Virus record (IMG/VR): IMGVR_UViG_3300008262_000126
Coordinates: 1 to 64,000 of that record
DNA length: 64,000 nt
Source of the DNA: a virus
Strand: one strand, 5' to 3'
Part shown: positions 17,601 through 27,700 of the stretch, piece after piece
How positions within the stretch are numbered: position 1 is the first letter of the stretch
Layout of the letters: each line of letters starts with the position of its first letter
Made by a program: the position numbers and the translations under genes
The notes under the pieces: model-generated
The model's input: only the letters and a program-made list of their open reading frames with translations
Database searches by the model: none
Told to the model about the DNA's origin: nothing

Positions 17601-18551
17601 ATGAACGAGACAGAAAAGTTTCAAAAAGCCTTAGCTGAGACGGCAAAAACAGCAGGCAAAGACCTGGCAGGTAAGTCTGCTTTTGCGGAATTGTTGGTTC
17701 AGATGGTAGAGCCCAATCACTTGACGCTCGACCTCTTTAATACGTTTATGCCCACTCGTCAGGCAAACATTGGCGATCCGATTATCCGACGTCTTCGTCG
17801 TGGTAAGTACTCGGTTCAGTCGATGGTTCCCGGCACCAATCACTTGGTCAGTCAGCCAACCACTGTCCAGGACTATCACTCATATGTGTTCGATCGTTTG
17901 ATCGGCGGTGTGCGTGAGAGCCTCTGGAACGTTCAGCAGGGCAACATGATCACGGTTGAGATGATGCGTCAGCAGCTTGCGTTTGACCTTACCGACAACT
18001 TGGTGAACCGTGTGTTCAACTTGCTGTCGTCGGTCTGGACCACTGCAAACACCCCATCACACTACGTGGAAACCGCAGCTTTGACCTACACGGCTTTGGA
18101 TACGTTGATGGAAAACGTCATGTACACCGCAGGTGGTGTCAAGGCTATTATCGGTACACGTAAAGCATTGCTGCCTATTTACAAGTTTGCCAGCTTCCGC
18201 GAATACATCTACAGCGGTACCTCGAACGCGATTGCGTACCCTGTTAACGAGAAGTTGCTTGAGTACCTCAACACGAATCGTGTTTCGTACTACATGGGCG
18301 TGCCGTTGATTGAACTTCCACAGGTGTTCAAGAACGACCTTCCAAACCCACGTGCAGCGCTCATTCCGGAAGACAAGATTATTCTCGTTGGCAACAACGC
18401 AGGGGAAGTCTTGTTGTACGGCGGTACTGAGTATCAAGAAAGTGTCGATATGACCATTCAGCCAGCAGACTACACGCTTCACGCGTGGATGAGCTACGGT
18501 TTGGTTGTCGACATGCCACAAAACATCGGTGTAATCAAGATTACTTCTTAA
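17601..18551 (+). CDS. major capsid protein
   Basis: 316 aa, position, high-expression codon usage, HK97-like C-terminal pattern (YMGVPLIEL...IPEDKI...YGL). Confidence 0.75.
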   Translation: MNETEKFQKALAETAKTAGKDLAGKSAFAELLVQMVEPNHLTLDLFNTFMPTRQANIGDPIIRRLRRGKYSVQSMVPGTNHLVSQPTTVQDYHSYVFDRLIGGVRESLWNVQQGNMITVEMMRQQLAFDLTDNLVNRVFNLLSSVWTTANTPSHYVETAALTYTALDTLMENVMYTAGGVKAIIGTRKALLPIYKFASFREYIYSGTSNAIAYPVNEKLLEYLNTNRVSYYMGVPLIELPQVFKNDLPNPRAALIPEDKIILVGNNAGEVLLYGGTEYQESVDMTIQPADYTLHAWMSYGLVVDMPQNIGVIKITS

Positions 18552-18562
18552 AGGAATTAACT

Positions 18563-19075
18563 ATGGCAATGAACAACATTTACCCAACAGTCTCAGAAGA
18601 AGCGTATAAAAAATACGCAAAGGTGCCAATCAACATGCTTGCTGGTCTTCGTGTTGATCCCACCGATACAAAAGTCAATGTTGGGTGGTTACTGAGTACC
18701 GACGAAGAGAATTTCGATTTATCGTCAAACAGTAGAAAAGCTTTTGTGTACGAGGACGAGGTAATCGAAATCTATTCAGAAATGGAAGACAAGATGTTTC
18801 GTCGTTTAAACAAAGGTCTTTTTGCAAAAGGGCTGTTGAAGGATTACCATGAGTCGCAGCTCCCCATCGACACGAGGAATTTTCTATCTGACGCGGAAGT
18901 TGCAGAAATTGTAGACTTGCGCTCGTTGGTTGAATTTACATCGCGCTTGGAAAAGTTTGACTCTCTTTCCACTTTGGAGCGAATCAAAGAATACGCCGTC
19001 TCCGAAAATAAATCGGTAAAAAAGGTTCAAGCTATTGAAGCTCGGATCAAGGCGGTACAGGATGTCGTTGATTAG
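18563..19075 (+). CDS. hypothetical head-region protein
   Basis: ORF with AAGGA RBS after the MCP. Confidence 0.6.
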   Translation: MAMNNIYPTVSEEAYKKYAKVPINMLAGLRVDPTDTKVNVGWLLSTDEENFDLSSNSRKAFVYEDEVIEIYSEMEDKMFRRLNKGLFAKGLLKDYHESQLPIDTRNFLSDAEVAEIVDLRSLVEFTSRLEKFDSLSTLERIKEYAVSENKSVKKVQAIEARIKAVQDVVD

Positions 19076-19433
19076 TGAAGCTCTTTATATACGGGAGCAG
19101 TCTGAGCAATTTCTTGTTGACAGCTGCGTTATCAAAGTATGGGGCGGGTTCACAACTGTTGACGGCGAGTACGCGGAGTCTTTTGCAGACTCCGCCCCTA
19201 CTCCTTGTCGAGTGATCAACAGATCAGGAAAAACAGGAATTTCTGCCAACGCTAAAGATAACATCCAGCTATTAACTAGTTTATCAAGCTATCGACTGCA
19301 ACTCCCGTACGCAACTACGATTACTACAAAAGATAAAATTTTGTATAATTCCATTCTGCATGACGTAGTATATGTACCACTCAAGCACTCATTGATGGGT
19401 GCTTTTGTCGTCTACATGGAAAAGCAGCAATGA
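19062..19433 (+). CDS. head closure/stopper protein
   Basis: Size, position and YRLQLPYATTITTKDKI pattern. Confidence 0.55.
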   Translation: MSLISEALYIREQSEQFLVDSCVIKVWGGFTTVDGEYAESFADSAPTPCRVINRSGKTGISANAKDNIQLLTSLSSYRLQLPYATTITTKDKILYNSILHDVVYVPLKHSLMGAFVVYMEKQQ

Positions 19434-20026
19434 CTGACCTTATTCAAACGATTAAGCAGTTTATTGTTACGTTGGATACTGTTAACGGTCAACTTGGCCA
19501 GGTCATACGCGGTCTTGTTCAACAAAACGTCGAAGATTATCTCGACACCCTCGCGGACATAAGTCCGGAAGAAGAGACACGCATGTATGGCAGGACACTT
19601 CTGCAATCAGATCTAACCACTAATAAAAATTTTAGAGACCGCTTGAATAGCTATAAAGATGTTAATAAAGAAATAAAACAAATTACGGGAGATCCGGTTT
19701 TAACTTTGGACACTCTCGAAAATCCTTTGAAAGCTGCATTGATTGACGATTCTATTTTGCAGTTGTACAAACTCGCAAACGAGATTGTGCTTTTTATCAA
19801 AGACGGAAAGATTGATGGACCGCGTCTCGACATTCTTGTTGAACGGGCTGTAAACGTGTCTACTAAAGACGCTACGCTGCCCGAGATTAAAGACATGCTC
19901 GAGGAGTTAGTTGATCGAGTACAAACAATTTATTACGACAACTTCCAAAAGGAATTAGATCCAGAAGTTGACAAATATATATCGACATTAATAGATGGTG
20001 TTCTTTCTGGCAAAGGTGCAGCATGA
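19430..20026 (+). CDS. hypothetical neck-region protein
   Basis: Position between stopper and tail terminator. Confidence 0.5.
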   Translation: MTDLIQTIKQFIVTLDTVNGQLGQVIRGLVQQNVEDYLDTLADISPEEETRMYGRTLLQSDLTTNKNFRDRLNSYKDVNKEIKQITGDPVLTLDTLENPLKAALIDDSILQLYKLANEIVLFIKDGKIDGPRLDILVERAVNVSTKDATLPEIKDMLEELVDRVQTIYYDNFQKELDPEVDKYISTLIDGVLSGKGAA

Positions 20027-20451
20027 TTATAAACGCGTTATACCCAAACATTTGGCGCATCGTCTCCAGGGCCTTAGTGCAGATATCTGGACAGTATGGT
20101 GGTCGCGTATTTTTTAATGCTGCCCCACCAGAAGCTCCCTATCCATATCTTATCTACCAAAGTGACAGCAGCCTCGGATACAGTTATGGCATGTTAAACA
20201 TGTCGGCGTGGAAAGGAATCATTACGATGAGGTCTATTTCCAGTACGCTCGCAGGAGCATCAGACTCCCTTGCCGAACTTTCTAACGGGTTTCCTGGTCC
20301 TTTTGTAGTATCTGGTATTGCTAACATAGCGGTGCCTTACGATGTTCAATTCTACCCGTACAAAGTTTACTCGTTTCCAGTAGAACGCCTTAACAGCACC
20401 GCTATATACACAGCGGCTATCGGAGTCGAGGCCTTTATTACGCCGAAGTAA
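20023..20451 (+). CDS. tail terminator protein (DUF3168-like)
   Basis: GRVFFNAAPPEAPYPYLIY motif; precedes tail tube gene. Confidence 0.7.
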   Translation: MIINALYPNIWRIVSRALVQISGQYGGRVFFNAAPPEAPYPYLIYQSDSSLGYSYGMLNMSAWKGIITMRSISSTLAGASDSLAELSNGFPGPFVVSGIANIAVPYDVQFYPYKVYSFPVERLNSTAIYTAAIGVEAFITPK

Positions 20452-20595
20452 TTTGGCTGAAGTCGAAGGTAGTACAACAAGATCTAAAACTAAAAGTTGC
20501 GGTGACTGTCGAAAGATAGCCTTTTCCGCACTTCTCCCCGGTTTCTATGCCGGCTTTATTATTACAAACCCAATCTTATGAGGAGAGTTACTTAA

Positions 20596-21027
20596 ATGGC
20601 TATTGTTAAAGGTATTGAAGGTTATTTGAAGATTCGCAACGCAGCCGACACCGGCTACGACAATGTCAAGTTTGTCTCGCAGTGGCAGGCTAGCTTGCAG
20701 ACCCAGCAGGTTGATGCAGGTCCGTTCTTGAACGACAACGGTAAGATGTACACGTTCACCACCACGAAGCGTGTGAACGGTTCTTTCCAAATCACTTTGC
20801 CAACTGCTCAGCAGGACACGCACACTCGCTTGATCAACATCTCAAACTCCGGTGAGTACATCGGTGTTTCGTTGGTCTCGAAGGGTGGCTACACCATGAC
20901 CATCCCATCGGCAATCATCACTGGTTACCAGTTGACCAACGCTGCAAACGATCAGGTTACTGTCTCGTTTGACTTCATGGACAACGGTGGTTTCTCAGTG
21001 GCTCCTGCAGCCAACGGCGACTACTAA
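20596..21027 (+). CDS. major tail tube protein
   Basis: 143 aa, beta-rich, AIITGYQL...VTVSFDF; high-expression codons; terminator follows. Confidence 0.75.
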   Translation: MAIVKGIEGYLKIRNAADTGYDNVKFVSQWQASLQTQQVDAGPFLNDNGKMYTFTTTKRVNGSFQITLPTAQQDTHTRLINISNSGEYIGVSLVSKGGYTMTIPSAIITGYQLTNAANDQVTVSFDFMDNGGFSVAPAANGDY

Positions 21028-21053
21028 ACTGCCCAGTGTTAAGCAGTAAATGC

Positions 21054-21096
21054 ACCCCCTCTGATAGATTACTATTAGAGGGGGTCACTTTTTTTT
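21054..21096 (+). terminator. intrinsic terminator
   Basis: ACCCCCTCTGATAG/CTATTAGAGGGGGT stem followed by T8. Confidence 0.8.
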
Positions 21097-21116
21097 AAAT
21101 TTAAGGAGAGAACAGT

Positions 21117-21518
21117 ATGTTAGATTACGCATTTGGGGCCGGAGAATATTACGACAACGTGGATGATTTGCTTCAAGACGATTCAATGTTAGAGGTAGAT
21201 TTGACGATTAAGGGATTAAAAAAACGATTACGTATCCGCGCTCTGAGCTTTGCGCAGATGGAGAAAATTAACCAACTTTCGCAGAAGAACGGAGAAATGG
21301 ACAACACCGAGTTTACGGTAAATACTATTGTAGAGGGATTGATTCGTCCAAAAATGAATTCAGCACAGGCAAAGAAACTGCTTGATGCCAACGGGGAGGT
21401 AGTACGTGAACTCGCGGAAAATATTTGGACTCTTGGAAAAATATCAAAAGACGCTTTCGAGAAGTACCTCGAGACACTTGAAAAGGACGCCTCTATATCG
21501 GAGCCCGTCGAAGAATAA
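21117..21518 (+). CDS. tail assembly chaperone (G-like)
   Basis: LRIRALS and GLIRPK patterns; between tube and tape-measure genes. Confidence 0.7.
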   Translation: MLDYAFGAGEYYDNVDDLLQDDSMLEVDLTIKGLKKRLRIRALSFAQMEKINQLSQKNGEMDNTEFTVNTIVEGLIRPKMNSAQAKKLLDANGEVVRELAENIWTLGKISKDAFEKYLETLEKDASISEPVEE

Positions 21519-21534
21519 CGCAGTCGGTATTCTA

Positions 21535-21780
21535 ATGAAAACCGCCATATCCACAAAGGATGAACTTGCGATGTGGATAGATCATTTTTTAAATTCAACG
21601 CAGTATACGGCACTAAATGCGAAGAAGCTATCTAAGCTTAGTTACGCAGATATGGCCGCAATCATTGCAATAAAACAAAAATCTTTAGAAGCTAGCGTCC
21701 GCCGCAAACTTCAAAAACAAAAGAAACTGGAAGAAAAAGAGTTAGTTGAGGAGGCGGAGACGTTCAAATTATTTATGTAG
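21535..21780 (+). CDS. tail assembly chaperone, second ORF (T-like; possibly frameshift-fused)
   Basis: Frame open from 21406, overlapping the first chaperone; directly before the TMP. Confidence 0.5.
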   Translation: MKTAISTKDELAMWIDHFLNSTQYTALNAKKLSKLSYADMAAIIAIKQKSLEASVRRKLQKQKKLEEKELVEEAETFKLFM

Positions 21781-21790
21781 GTGGTGCTGA

Positions 21791-24700
21791 ATGTCAGATA
21801 GAATACAACAATTAGTAGGATTAATTCAAACGCTGCTGCTTTTAAAAAGTACTAGTGAAGAGGCTGCTAATGTTTTTGAGAAGGTTATACAAAGTAAGGC
21901 AAACGCGCATGAGGGTGGTTTAGCCGGATATTTAAAAGAAATTACAGCAGACGCTAAAACAGCTACTACAACACTAGCTATATTAGAAAAAGAGATTAAG
22001 GCAGTAAGCGCGCTTCCAGTAAGGGCAGCAGCTGACGAAACTCTTACTTCAGAAGGTACTCGTCCGGCACCCGTAGTTTCGGATGCGGCACGTAAGCGTA
22101 AGGAAGTACAAGATCGGATAGATGACGAACGAAAAGCACTTAGAACAGAGGTGCGTGGTAACAATAGGCCAACAGTTGTAAACGTACATACAGATAGGCT
22201 AAAAAATTATGAACTTTTGCTTGCCCAGCTAGACGAACAAATAGACGAGCGAGAAGACACTCTCAGGGATCTGATCAGACGAACGCAAACTAAAATGAGA
22301 ACGCCGGCAAAAACCTCTCGTTCAAGTTCACCAGTTGCGGATCCTGAGTACGCAGACATGAAATGGGCGCTTACTACACCGGATACTCGTTCCGCTACAA
22401 GTTATGCTGTTACACCGAATCGAGGAGGACGGGTCAGCGTAGCTCAATCGGGCGGAGCAAGGCCTCCCGAAAACGCCTCCGTTTCGGCAATTGTTAAATA
22501 TGTGAATACTCAACTGCGTCACGAAAATCCAGCCGAAACTCGTCCGGAAATTGCCCCGATTGTCGCCGAACTTCAAAAACTTGTAAAAGACCGAGAAGAG
22601 GCAACTGTTCCTGCGGACAAAAATAGAATAAATCAGCAAATTAAGCAAGCATTCAAAAAGATAAATCAATCTTCTGGCACAGTAAGCAACACACAGCGAC
22701 AAACGGCACAAGAATCAATTATTGCCCCAATTATTGAAGCATTGCGGGCAGTAAAATTAGACGACCCTACACTTAATGCGGCAATGTCTCCAGTAGCTAG
22801 CAGTTCTGAAATTGAGTCCGCTCTAACCAGAGCCGTTGAAATGTTGGTAACTAGACTTGAGAATGGTGCAGCAGGAAGAGTAGGAGAAACAGCTTTAAGT
22901 ACTGAAGGTTTTGAGTTTTTACGTCCGGCGGCTTTTGATCAGTTGCTGAAAAGATTGAAAACGGTAGTTGCAGAAGCAACGACTCGACCGGTAATACCAA
23001 GAAGCCGAACAGTCGATCCAGGTACTGCAGAAGAAGTAGATTCTTCTGCGTTATTTTTGGGAACTGACTTTAGCATACAAAATGCCGGAGAAGATGGTAG
23101 TCCTCAAGTAGTAGACGCTTTACGGAGTAGCCGAGTATTTCCGGGACAGGTAACCAGAATCGGTGCTAACATTTCAAAGTATATTCAATCACTCAAAGCT
23201 TCACTAAATCCTACGCGTCGTTACAGTTCGGAAGCGCAAGGCGTAGACGTTCGTGCCGGTTCCCAAGTAGTAGCCGGAAGCTCAAGCGCCGTTTTCGGTG
23301 GGGGCATGGACGCCGAAGTACAAAAGGCGGTTGACGCGCTCTTTTCAACCGTTATGCAGGACATAGAAGAAGGAAACATAAGGCCCGCTTCGATCGCAGG
23401 GCAGACTGTAGACTTGCCTGAATCTCTTGCAAAAATGGTTGTGGAGGCGATTCAATCTAGTTCAATTTTGTCAGAACACACAACAGCTTTCGGTAGAATG
23501 GCTGGAACTCGGGGACCTAGAGGGGCGATAGTTACTGGAGATCCAGTACGAAAGTTTGTTGCTTTGTTTGCGGGCGATTTAATAAATCAATATACTTCGA
23601 CAGGGGCTGTTTCAGATCAGTCCGCTAGTCGTTTTGTAGAGCAGACAGTTGCTCCGGAACAAGAACAGGAAGTTACGTTGGCAGCAACTCACGCAAAACG
23701 TTTGCGCGAAAGACTTGTTTATCAGAGAGATCAGGCAGATCTCAGTATGGTAACTGCGGCTCCAGCAATGGCTAATCGCTACAGAACTGAGTCGGCAAAG
23801 CTTGGCAAAGAGATACAGTTACTGGATGAGATTCTGGCTGAATCTGAAAATCCAGAAGAGGAAAAAAAGTTAGCGCAAAGACGTGGACAGATAGCACTTC
23901 CGGGCAGTAACACAGCTCCCGCGTTAACGCGAGATCAAGCACTAACTGTTTTATTTAAACAGTCTATTGGATCCATTCCTGCAACACCTGATGCGGTAGC
24001 GCCGATTATAAGCAAAGCTCAGGAAGTTTCTGCGGGACTTGCACAATCGGGACTTACAATTCCAGCAAGACCCTCTTATGGAACTAGTCCCGTACAATCG
24101 TTAGTAGAGTATATGACATCCGGTCAGTCTATGGCACTAGACCGTTATCAAACTACTCCAATTACGCAGCAGTTAGACTCAGCCGGTAAAGTGTCGTCAG
24201 GTCAGCAAAATCGAGAGTTTATCGAAATTATAAGCGATGCTTTTGGTTTATCTCGACAGTCTGCTTCTGCGGGTAATGTCATTACTGGTTTGTATCATGG
24301 AGCACGTGCGACAGACGCCAGCGGTAAAATGCTTGAGGGAGAAGAGCTTGATCAATCGCTTGGCGGTGGCTACAGAACAAAGAAAGGTTTGCAATCAATT
24401 GTTCAAGCATCCGCAGAGATGGGTAGTTATGGTTCCGGCGGTATTCCCTTAATTGAGTACGCTAAGTTAGCAACTTCAACCGACCTTGACGCAGAGGAGC
24501 AGAGTCTATTTCAAGAGGTGCAGGCAAAACTTCCGCATCTGCAAGCAATAGATTCTGATTCACTTAAGCAACTTGCTGAGTTAGACACGTCGATGGATCC
24601 CAAAGAGTTAATTAAACGCGTGTTGACTTTGGCAGCCCCAGCAATAAAAAATCAAATAGTTGCTTCAATTAGGCGACGAGGTGGCGCTGCCGGCATGGGA

Positions 24701-27700
24701 GTTGATGAAGTCACTCAAATGATTTCGGATTACGAAACAGCCGGGGTTGCTCCAGCAGGGTTTCAAGATGAATTTCGCGCTTTAGCGATGTTTGATCCTG
24801 CTAACATAAACACAACCGATGTATCTGCAGCGGTTAACCGATCGCTTTCGTTGTTCAGCAATTTATTAACTGACAACGTGCAGTCAGGCGAAGGTATGCC
24901 TCAGTTTGCAGCCCGAGTTTTAGGAAGACAGGACCGACTAGTTGGTACGGGTCCGGATGTAGCTGCAGCCGTTCCTGATCAAGGAGCGTCTTACAGCTTG
25001 ATGGGCAAGGGTGCAGAAGTTGCAAATCAAGAGTCTGGTCAAGTTGTCGGTGGTACGTATGGTCGCAATGTAGAAAATCAAATAAAAATTCAAGAAGCAA
25101 TGAGTGAGTTTGAGCAGTTAACTGCTGAAATAGAGGAAATGCAGAGAAGGATAGCTTTAGCACCTCACGAAGCTGATAAAGTACTTCCAGTTATCGAGCA
25201 AAAAAACAATCAACTTAAGATTCTTAAACAAAAACTTGATACTTACAAAGCATCAGAACCAGATCCTATTTCTCAAAAATTTGAAGCTCTTTCCACAATT
25301 GCCCAAATGGACAATATTGACCCCGCAACAAGAAGTGCTGCAATTTACGATTTAGGCATTATGCAGGAAATTTTTAATCAAACTGGCCGATACCAGATTG
25401 ACGAATCCCAAGGATACGGAACTGGTACTCAAGAGCAACGCCTTACTAATTTGATGGCTCATAAAGCAAAGTTAGACCGTTTGCAAAAATTGAGAGAAGA
25501 ACGAGCAGCGTTAGAGGCAGAATCACCTGGAGATGGTCCCGCTAAGGCAGTTGAAGCTGTAATTAAAGAATCAGACGTTGATGGAGAAATTGCAGCTGTC
25601 ACAAAAGACATTAGCGACATGAAGTCCGAAGGTACGGGGTCAGAAAAAAAAGTTGATGCTTCACCTTATGCAAATATGAATATGACGGAATTGGAAGATC
25701 TTTATCAGAGATCTTATCAAAAATATGATAGAGCTATGTCTGCTGTACCTGGAATAGAAGAGGCAACCCAGAGATACCACAACTATGAAGGCGAGGATGA
25801 CGAACAAGAATTAGAAATCTTAGTAAAAGCTCTTGAAGGCGCACGGGAAAATAACCCAGAGGTTGCAAAACTGTATCAAGAGCATCAAGCAGTAAGTGAC
25901 GAGTATGAACGCCGTATCAAGGCTAATATCGAAAATAACCGCGCAATACAAGAAAAATTATCTCCTGCTGAAACTTCGGTTATGGCAACTTCAGTGCCAG
26001 GAACAATAGATGAAGAAATAGCAATAGACGAAAACGCCGTACCTTTAAAAATCCCTAGAATAAATCTTACAGAAAGTAAAGATATCACTGATGATGTTAC
26101 GGCTGAGGATAAGTCAGTTTTTGTACACCCGGCTACTGTGGAAGCACAACTTATAGAATCTCCGGCCTTTACGGCATTTTTAGCTGGTAAAGAAAATCAG
26201 ATAATAAGTGGTAATCAAGATCGACTAGCCATCCGTCAAGATGCGGAAACAGGTGCACTTACGGCAGCGGTGGCTGATGGAGCGAGTTCGTCTTGGTTTT
26301 CCGCGAGGTTAGCCAACATGCTAGCAGAAGAGGCTGTTAACTTACCTACAGACGAGCCTTTTACAACCGAATCAATTTTATCGAGAGTTAATAACAGATC
26401 GGCACAAGAACAAGTAGACAAAATTTTAGAATATTTTACTGACGAGGACTATCAAACCCGTTATCAATTGCAACGTATGGGTTTAGAAAAAAATGATAAA
26501 TCGAAAGAAAAATTTAAAAAATTTTTACAACCTTTTGAAGAGGCCGGTACAAGCCCAACTGTCAGAGAACTTATAGCATTTTTACACGGTGAAAAAGCTG
26601 CAAACGACCCTGCCAACATTGGCCAGGTTGCCGGTGCTACGTTTGCCGGTTATCGCAGAACAAGAAGTTCAGAAGGCTACAAGCATGAATTTCTTACTGC
26701 TGGAGATGCTTTAATAGAATCGGCTGATTTAGGTATTGCTAAAGAGACGCTGGGCGAAAATAAAACGAATCCGGACGGAACTCCCTACACAGGACCGCAA
26801 ACTGCAGGGATTATATCAACTGAAAGTGGAATAGCTCACCCAGGAAAAGTTTTGACAATTGAGTCAAAAACTCCGGCACGTGTTTTCTTAGCGTCCGACG
26901 CATATTCACATAGCGGAGAATTCAGCCGACTTGATCCGGAAGTTGATGCTGGAGGTTTTGTTAACTTAGGTGAAAGACTGCTTCTTGACGAGGGGGAGTT
27001 AGGTACTCGGCAAGACGACCGAAGTTTTATAGGCATTACAGGAAGCGAGCAGACGGGTCCTGTAGTAAAGACCGGCGGACTTGCTGAAGAGGGATTTACA
27101 GGATTAGAATTTACCGATCAGTTAGAAGCGTACTTAGCACAAGAAAAACGTAAATTAAGTCAGATAAATCAATTGCTGACCGACAGGCCGGATATAGATA
27201 AAGAGTTAGAAAGAGAACGTCAAGCATTACTTAAATCTGCTGAAGCCGAAGTTGAACAACAAGGACAACTTGCAGAAGAAATAACAAACACACATCGAGC
27301 GATTGCTGATGAATATGACGCGGTTGTTGACAGATTAATGAAAAACAGATACGCCGGTCCCGAAGAAAAAGCTCAAGATAGCGAAAAACATCGAAAACTG
27401 GCGCAAACGCCGGAAATGCAAGAAGTTTTAAAAGCAAGAAGAGAGGCGTTTAAAGCTGAGCAAAAGTACAAGCAGATAGTAGCCGAAAACCCGCCGACAA
27501 GTGCAGAAAAAGCTAAAGTAGTTACAGAAAACAATATTCAGGCATTAACAGAAGAGCTTACAAAAAGAGGAGTAATCTTACCGACTGAGACAACACCAAC
27601 AGCGGAAACTGTGATACCGGTAACTGACGTTACATCGGTTGCTGAAGAACCAAAAAGAATTGCAGATGAGCCTGTTAAAGTCAGTGCCGAAATTAAAGCA

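Noticed and set aside
20452-20595. c-di-GMP riboswitch or hammerhead ribozyme in the tube leader
   Set aside because: A GAAA hairpin is present but the consensus cores are missing; kept only as an unassigned structure
24280-24310. GLYHGAR in the TMP resembling the first motif of ADP-ribosyltransferases
   Set aside because: No downstream S-x-S/Y or catalytic Glu motif could be placed; too short to support a call
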